Source: Klebsiella pneumoniae (GTDB lineage Bacteria; Pseudomonadota; Gammaproteobacteria; Eutrophobiales; Eutrophobiaceae). Taken from it: DNA of 55,048 nt. Position 1 is the stretch's first letter. Each line of letters begins with the position of its first letter. Shown in pieces: positions 49,661-55,048 of the stretch. The DNA is taken from positions 1 through 55,048 of the forward strand of contig CAMBTO010000004.1 in the NCBI GenBank assembly GCA_945870865.1, read 5' to 3'. The notes beneath the pieces were generated by a model that saw only the letters and a program-made list of their open reading frames with translations, made no database searches and was not told where the DNA came from. A program made the position numbers and the translations under genes.

Positions 49661-52600
49661 ATGATTTCGAACAAGAAGTCCAGTAAACCGGCATTACCAA
49701 AACTTCTGGTAATCGCCACTGCCATCGGGAGTTTGTATCCCACCACATCATTGTTCGCACAAGCGCTTGAAGAAATAGTGGTTACCGCGCAGCGTCGCGA
49801 ACAGTCGCTGCAAGAGGTCCCGATCTCGATTGAGACATATAGCGGTGTGGATTTGAAGATGCAGGGTTATCGTAATCTCGATGACATGTCGAAATTTACA
49901 CCGTCGGTCGTGATTAGCAACGGCGTCCAGGAACAGAATGTTTCCATACGCAGTTTCTCCACCCGAGGTAATTCATTGACGCTGGAATCAGCGGCCCCGG
50001 TTTTTCTGGATGGTGTGTACTTTGGTCGTATGTCGATGGTTAAGACGGCGTTTCTGGACGTAGGCAGCATTGAAGTATTGAAAGGACCCCAACCGCTGTA
50101 CTTCGGTATGAATGCGACGGCCGGTGCATTCAATATACGGAGTGCGCGTCCCACGGAAGAGTGGGAAGGATCCGTCTCTGCTGAACTTGGCAATGACGCA
50201 CAAACAGAGGTTAATGGCTCGGTGGGTGGTCCTCTGACCGATACGATCGGTATACGCATTGCCGGTATCTATGAGGGTAGCGATGGCATCGCCATGAATC
50301 GCTATAATCCAGGTGAAAAATTGCCGAAGTTTGACCATAAAGGTGGTCGCATTGCGCTGGAGTGGAAACCCACTGACCGATTGACTGTATTTAATAAGCT
50401 GGATTATTCAAGGCAGCGCAATGGCAGTGAAATCACGCTCGGCTGTCTGACTGGCGCGCCGATTTCCGGGTGGGGCAACACGCCACTGACCGGTGAGACG
50501 GAGTCATTACAGGGCCAGTTTGGTAATGAGCGCTCTATTTTTGCCGCACCCCCGATAGGCGTGGGCGACTCCACCGGCATAATCCAGCCGGAGGTCGCAA
50601 CCGATCCAAAAGACTGTTTCAAGGGTAATCTGGCCTTCGGTCGCGGCGGACCCTACAGGGCGCCACCGGCAAACGTCAATTCGAGCCAGAACAGTAATAC
50701 ATTGACACACGGGTCCGTCGATGGTCGTGGTGTTTTTCAGGCCTTTTATACGACAGACGGCGGGCATGAAGGTATCGGTGGTATCGATATGGGCGGTATT
50801 GAGGGCAAGGATGATATTAATGCCTGGAACAGTGTGCTTGATGTCAAGTATGAGCTCGCGGGTGGTTCCATGCTGACCTCACAGACCGGCTGGGTCAAGA
50901 TGGACAGACAGGCCGCCAGAGATTTTATCCTGAGTCCCTATTTAATGGGTCATCAGCCAAAGTTTGAGGACTATGACCAATGGAGCCAGATGTTCCAGCT
51001 CGACTCGCCTGAAGAGGGCTATGATATGGGTGCCGGTGGAATCAACGTCGGCTACATGGCGCAGTTATTCCATCAGCGTGGCAGCATTGATTTTCACAAC
51101 GGTAACGGCGAAAACGGCTCAATCCGTCGGGCCATGCGTTTTAATACCGGTTGGGAAGATTCAGAATGGTCATCGGCCTCCTGGAACCTGATGTTCAACG
51201 GTATGGATAAACAACTTTCATTAACGGTAGGTGGACGCTACACCGACGTCAAGAAGGACGTTTATGTAAGGGGTTGGGGCGCGCAGTATATCTTTGATGA
51301 AATACCGTGTGATTCTCAGGGTACCGACTCGAATACGGCAACTTGTACGGTTGATCCGAATTTCAAGCGCGTTATCCCGAGTCTCGCGGCCTATACCACG
51401 ATAGATCCAATAACCGGCAGGGGTGGATCAACCAGTCCGGGATTCCGTGCAGACAGACTGGTACGGGTGGACAGTCCGCAATTGCTGCTTCCTAATGCTG
51501 ACATCAACAATCTGTGGACGACCAACTTCTGGAATGACTCCGGAGGTAACCGTACCAGTGTGCCGTTGAATTACCGGGGTGGACTGGTGCCGGCGGTGGG
51601 TCTGACTGCACCGGTATTTGAAAACCAGAGCGGGCCGTGGGCAACCGAGCAACAGGCGGACAATTATTCCAGTCAGGTGGTGCTCAGCTTTACGCCAAAT
51701 GCGCTGGATGGGGACCACACCTTCTACGCCAAGTTTGTTGAGTCGTTCAAGGGCCCCGTCACCGATACCGCGCAAGGAACACTGCCGGAGTCATTGGATG
51801 AAATGACATTTGAACCCGAATATGTTGAGGGTTGGGAAACAGGCGCCAAGGGTATGCTGTACGACAGCCGGATCCGTTACGATGTGACCGCATTCCGCAA
51901 TACCTTCAGCGATTTACAAACGATAGGTGCAGCTCCGGTATTGAACGAGGCTGGTCAGACCTCTGTCAGTCTGAATGCGGGTAAACAACAGGTGGATGGA
52001 CTGGAGTTCAGCTTGCAGGCGGCTGCAACCGAGCAACTGACGCTGAACTTTGCCGGTACCTTACTCGACGGTGTGTTCAAATACTTCGAGGGTGATGGTT
52101 GTTCGGCAAACATCCTTACGGCGGCGGCGATTGATGCAACGACATCAAGTGCACGAGGTGGATCGATGGAAAGCCGGTCAGCAGCGGAAGTCACCGCGGC
52201 CAATACCCATCTGGGCTCGCTGGGTGCGGTTCGTCGCGCTGGTCTGCCGGCACGATCCGAACTACCGGAAGAGTTTTTCCTGGCGGGTGGATGCAGGCTG
52301 GTTCCAGGCGCGGCCCCGGATGGTGCCTTGTATGGTGCGAACACCGTGTCCCGTACCGGCGTTGAACCACCCGATACCCCGAGCTGGAAGTTTGTCGTGG
52401 GTGCGAGCTACAACCGTCCGATCATGGATACCTATTCCTGGTTTGTTGATGTCAGGGGCTTTATCGCCGATGAAAGCAGGAGTGGTCGTTCGAATGACCC
52501 TGCCTCAACGGTTAAATGGGCCAAGGGTCACGGTGATATGAACGTCTCGGCAGGCTTCGGACCGCAGGATGAGCGTTGGAAGCTGGTTGGCTTCGTGCGC

Positions 52601-52729
52601 AATGTCCTGCAGGACAGGGAGACCTACTATCCGGAATACGATCTGATCGATACCGGTCTGGTCACAACAACGGTCAGCGCTTCCAGCTTCAGATCCTATG
52701 GAATACGTGTGGAGTACAACTTCCAATAG
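49661..52729 (+). CDS. TonB-dependent receptor
   Basis: Signal peptide; TonB box LEEIVVTAQRREQSLQEVP; IEVLKGPQ; C-terminal RSYGIRVEYNF. Confidence 0.93.
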   Translation: MISNKKSSKPALPKLLVIATAIGSLYPTTSLFAQALEEIVVTAQRREQSLQEVPISIETYSGVDLKMQGYRNLDDMSKFTPSVVISNGVQEQNVSIRSFSTRGNSLTLESAAPVFLDGVYFGRMSMVKTAFLDVGSIEVLKGPQPLYFGMNATAGAFNIRSARPTEEWEGSVSAELGNDAQTEVNGSVGGPLTDTIGIRIAGIYEGSDGIAMNRYNPGEKLPKFDHKGGRIALEWKPTDRLTVFNKLDYSRQRNGSEITLGCLTGAPISGWGNTPLTGETESLQGQFGNERSIFAAPPIGVGDSTGIIQPEVATDPKDCFKGNLAFGRGGPYRAPPANVNSSQNSNTLTHGSVDGRGVFQAFYTTDGGHEGIGGIDMGGIEGKDDINAWNSVLDVKYELAGGSMLTSQTGWVKMDRQAARDFILSPYLMGHQPKFEDYDQWSQMFQLDSPEEGYDMGAGGINVGYMAQLFHQRGSIDFHNGNGENGSIRRAMRFNTGWEDSEWSSASWNLMFNGMDKQLSLTVGGRYTDVKKDVYVRGWGAQYIFDEIPCDSQGTDSNTATCTVDPNFKRVIPSLAAYTTIDPITGRGGSTSPGFRADRLVRVDSPQLLLPNADINNLWTTNFWNDSGGNRTSVPLNYRGGLVPAVGLTAPVFENQSGPWATEQQADNYSSQVVLSFTPNALDGDHTFYAKFVESFKGPVTDTAQGTLPESLDEMTFEPEYVEGWETGAKGMLYDSRIRYDVTAFRNTFSDLQTIGAAPVLNEAGQTSVSLNAGKQQVDGLEFSLQAAATEQLTLNFAGTLLDGVFKYFEGDGCSANILTAAAIDATTSSARGGSMESRSAAEVTAANTHLGSLGAVRRAGLPARSELPEEFFLAGGCRLVPGAAPDGALYGANTVSRTGVEPPDTPSWKFVVGASYNRPIMDTYSWFVDVRGFIADESRSGRSNDPASTVKWAKGHGDMNVSAGFGPQDERWKLVGFVRNVLQDRETYYPEYDLIDTGLVTTTVSASSFRSYGIRVEYNFQ

Positions 52730-52746
52730 TCTGAACCTCTACCCTC

Positions 52747-52790
52747 TGCACCCTGTTGTGTCATCTGACACAACAGGGTGCAATTTTTTT
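52747..52790 (+). terminator. Strong intrinsic terminator
   Basis: TGCACCCTGTTGTGTCA-TC-TGACACAACAGGGTGCA followed by T7. Confidence 0.85.
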
Positions 52791-52895
52791 CCTGCATATC
52801 AAATCCTGTTTTAACTACACTTTGCTAATGGCAATTCTTGCTGAATAATGCTGTAATCCTGCATTAGAATACGTTAGCTACGGGGGGGTTCGCTG

Positions 52896-55048
52896 ATGTA
52901 CAACGTTGTAAGGATTGCTACCGTTTTTTTCATACTGGCCTGTGCCAGTCAGTCCGGACTGGCGCAACAAAGAGCAAGCCAGACCGGCCCCGCTGCGGAA
53001 CACCGCACCACGATCAACAGTTATTGTATCTCCTGCCATAACGATGCCCTGAAAACAGCCGGTCTGACGCTCGAACATGCGGATATTGAAAAGGTTGGTG
53101 TTGATGGTGCCATCTGGGAAAAAGTACTGCGTAAACTGAAGGCGAAGACAATGCCACCGTCAGGTATGCCACGCCCGGACGACGCTACCTACAGCCGGTT
53201 TGCGGGCTATCTGGAAACCAGTCTGGACAGTTACGCAAGCGAGTTCCCCCATCCTGGCGAACCGGAACTGCGGCGTCTGAACCGGACCGAATATGTGAAC
53301 GCCGTACGTGATCTGCTCGCTGTGGATATCAAGGCAGACGCATTGTTGCCGGCGGACAATGCCCTGTCCGGCTTTGATAATATGGGTGCGGTGCTCACGA
53401 TATCACCGTTGCTGGTCGAGCAGTATGTGGCCGCCGCCCGCAAGGTCAGGATCCAGGCGATCGGTGACCCGGACATGCATCCCGGCTTTGAATATTACTC
53501 CGTATCAAATGAGCTGATGCAGGAAGACCGTATGGGTGAGGAGCTGCCGTTCGGTTCGCGCGGTGGTCTGGCATTTGAACATCATTTTCCGATGGATGGC
53601 GAATATGTCATCAAGGTTGATCTGCTGAAGAACTATCGTGACTATATCCGCGGGCTGGTCAACAAACCGCACCAGCTGGATGTGCGCCTTGACGGTGAAC
53701 GTCTCGGCCTGTTTACCATTGGTGGTGAAAAACACGGCAAGACCGCGCAGCTATTTTCTACCGCGGCGCAGGGAGAGTTTGAGCAGGAGGAATACGAGCG
53801 CTTTGCCGACAAGGCACTGGAGGTGCGTTTCCCGGCGAAGGCTGGCAAGCGACTGGTGACCGTGACCTTTCTGAAAGAGACCACGCTGCCGGAGGATCCG
53901 TTGTATCCAAAGCATACCGTCTATGACTATTCCCAGTACAAGGGTGGTGAGCCGGGTGTGCGCACGGTCGCCATTGGTGGTCCGTTTAAAGCGCAAGGCC
54001 TCGGCACGACGGCGAGCCGCGACCGGGTATTCATCTGCCAGCCGGTGGCCGATGCTGATGAACCGTGTGCGCGCAAGATACTGTCGACACTGGCACACCG
54101 GGCCTACCGCCGTCTGCCCAGCGCTGAGGAACTCGAAGAACTGGTCGGATTTTATCAGCAGGGCCAGCGCGAAAAGGGTTTTGAGAACGGGATCGGTACG
54201 GCGCTAGAACGTATGTTGGCTGGCCCTGAGTTCCTGTTTGTGGCCGAGCGTGTGCCCACAGATACGAAAGCGGACGCGGTGTTCCGTATCTCGGACATGG
54301 AGCTGGCGACACGGCTGTCGCTGTTCCTGTGGAGCAGTATCCCGGATGATGAACTGCTGGCGCTGGCCGAGGCGGGTAAGTTGGGTCAACCTGATGTGCT
54401 CGACGCACAGGTACAGCGCATGCTGGACGACCCTCGCTCGAATGCCATGATCGACAACTTCGCCGCCCAATGGTTAAACCTCGGCAAGCTGAATGTCGTC
54501 GACCCGGACATTGAACTGTTCCCCTATTTTGAGGACAACCTGAGGCAGGCGTTCCAGACCGAGACGAAGCTGTTTTTTGAACATATCTTCCGCAACAACA
54601 GACCGTTGCTGGAGCTGCTCAGTGCCGACTATACCTTTGTGAATGAGCGACTGGCTAAACACTATGGAATACCGGATGTGTACGGCAATCATTTCCGCAA
54701 GGTGTCGCTGCAAAACCTGCCGCGAGGCGGGTTGCTGGGTCAGGGCAGTATCCTGACGGTGACCTCGTATGCAAACCGTACTGCGCCGACCATCCGCGGC
54801 AAGTGGGTACTGGAAAATATCCTCAGTGCACCACCGCCGCCACCGCCAGCGAATGTGCCCGGCCTGCGTGACCGCAATGATGATGGCAGGGTGTTGAACA
54901 TGCGTGAGCGTATGGAACAGCATCGTGCCAATCCGGTCTGTGCCAGTTGTCACAAGGTGATGGACCCGCTCGGGTTCGCGCTGGAGAATTTTGATGCGAT
55001 TGGGAAATGGCGCACGACCGACTCCTCCTCGCGATCAACCATCGATGC
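52896..55048 (+). CDS. DUF1592/DUF1588-type (planctomycete cytochrome c-like) diheme protein, runs off the window end
   Basis: Read manually: signal peptide, YCISCHN, WEKVLRKL..MPP, LRRLNRTEY, ELATRLSLFLWSSIPD, RGKWVLENIL and HRANPVCASCHKVMDPLGFALENFD; missing from the ORF track because it has no stop. Confidence 0.88.
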   Translation, partial: MYNVVRIATVFFILACASQSGLAQQRASQTGPAAEHRTTINSYCISCHNDALKTAGLTLEHADIEKVGVDGAIWEKVLRKLKAKTMPPSGMPRPDDATYSRFAGYLETSLDSYASEFPHPGEPELRRLNRTEYVNAVRDLLAVDIKADALLPADNALSGFDNMGAVLTISPLLVEQYVAAARKVRIQAIGDPDMHPGFEYYSVSNELMQEDRMGEELPFGSRGGLAFEHHFPMDGEYVIKVDLLKNYRDYIRGLVNKPHQLDVRLDGERLGLFTIGGEKHGKTAQLFSTAAQGEFEQEEYERFADKALEVRFPAKAGKRLVTVTFLKETTLPEDPLYPKHTVYDYSQYKGGEPGVRTVAIGGPFKAQGLGTTASRDRVFICQPVADADEPCARKILSTLAHRAYRRLPSAEELEELVGFYQQGQREKGFENGIGTALERMLAGPEFLFVAERVPTDTKADAVFRISDMELATRLSLFLWSSIPDDELLALAEAGKLGQPDVLDAQVQRMLDDPRSNAMIDNFAAQWLNLGKLNVVDPDIELFPYFEDNLRQAFQTETKLFFEHIFRNNRPLLELLSADYTFVNERLAKHYGIPDVYGNHFRKVSLQNLPRGGLLGQGSILTVTSYANRTAPTIRGKWVLENILSAPPPPPPANVPGLRDRNDDGRVLNMRERMEQHRANPVCASCHKVMDPLGFALENFDAIGKWRTTDSSSRSTID

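Noticed and set aside
52878-55038. Many short ORFs listed in the track at the window end
   Set aside because: All overlap the single long open frame starting at 52896

Overview
55-kb window of a gammaproteobacterial chromosome (mid-50s %GC by eye). Much of it is housekeeping or metabolic: katG 3' end, bioA, phbB, fadE, hisN, aminotransferase, hemL, hemJ, argC, erpA, anmK, tyrS, an RND pump, rsgA, a TonB-dependent receptor and a DUF1592-type cytochrome. The main candidate for an uncharacterised system is a tightly coupled 12-gene minus-strand operon (4806-18345) that looks like a non-canonical proton-driven envelope machine. It encodes one MotA/TolQ/ExbB subunit, two proteins joining an ExbD/TolR-like Asp-containing TM helix to a coiled coil and a vWA domain, a degenerate actin/Hsp70-fold-FHA protein, a TPR-TonB-C protein, a PEGA-repeat/Cys-less FGE protein, a membrane-anchored TPR protein, four lipoproteins and a small secreted peptide. 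Also seen: an integrase-less integron-like remnant (putative attI, two attC-like sites, a brnTA cassette); several abrupt deletion or chimera junctions (SIMPL/hemL, thiD/hemL, an in-frame Yip1-CcoP fusion behind a perfect FNR box); a dispersed hairpin element with copy-specific inverted arms; a 58-bp periodic intergenic repeat; and a rubredoxin missed by the ORF track. No rRNA, tRNA, CRISPR or transposase was recognised. All family calls are by motif recognition, not database search.
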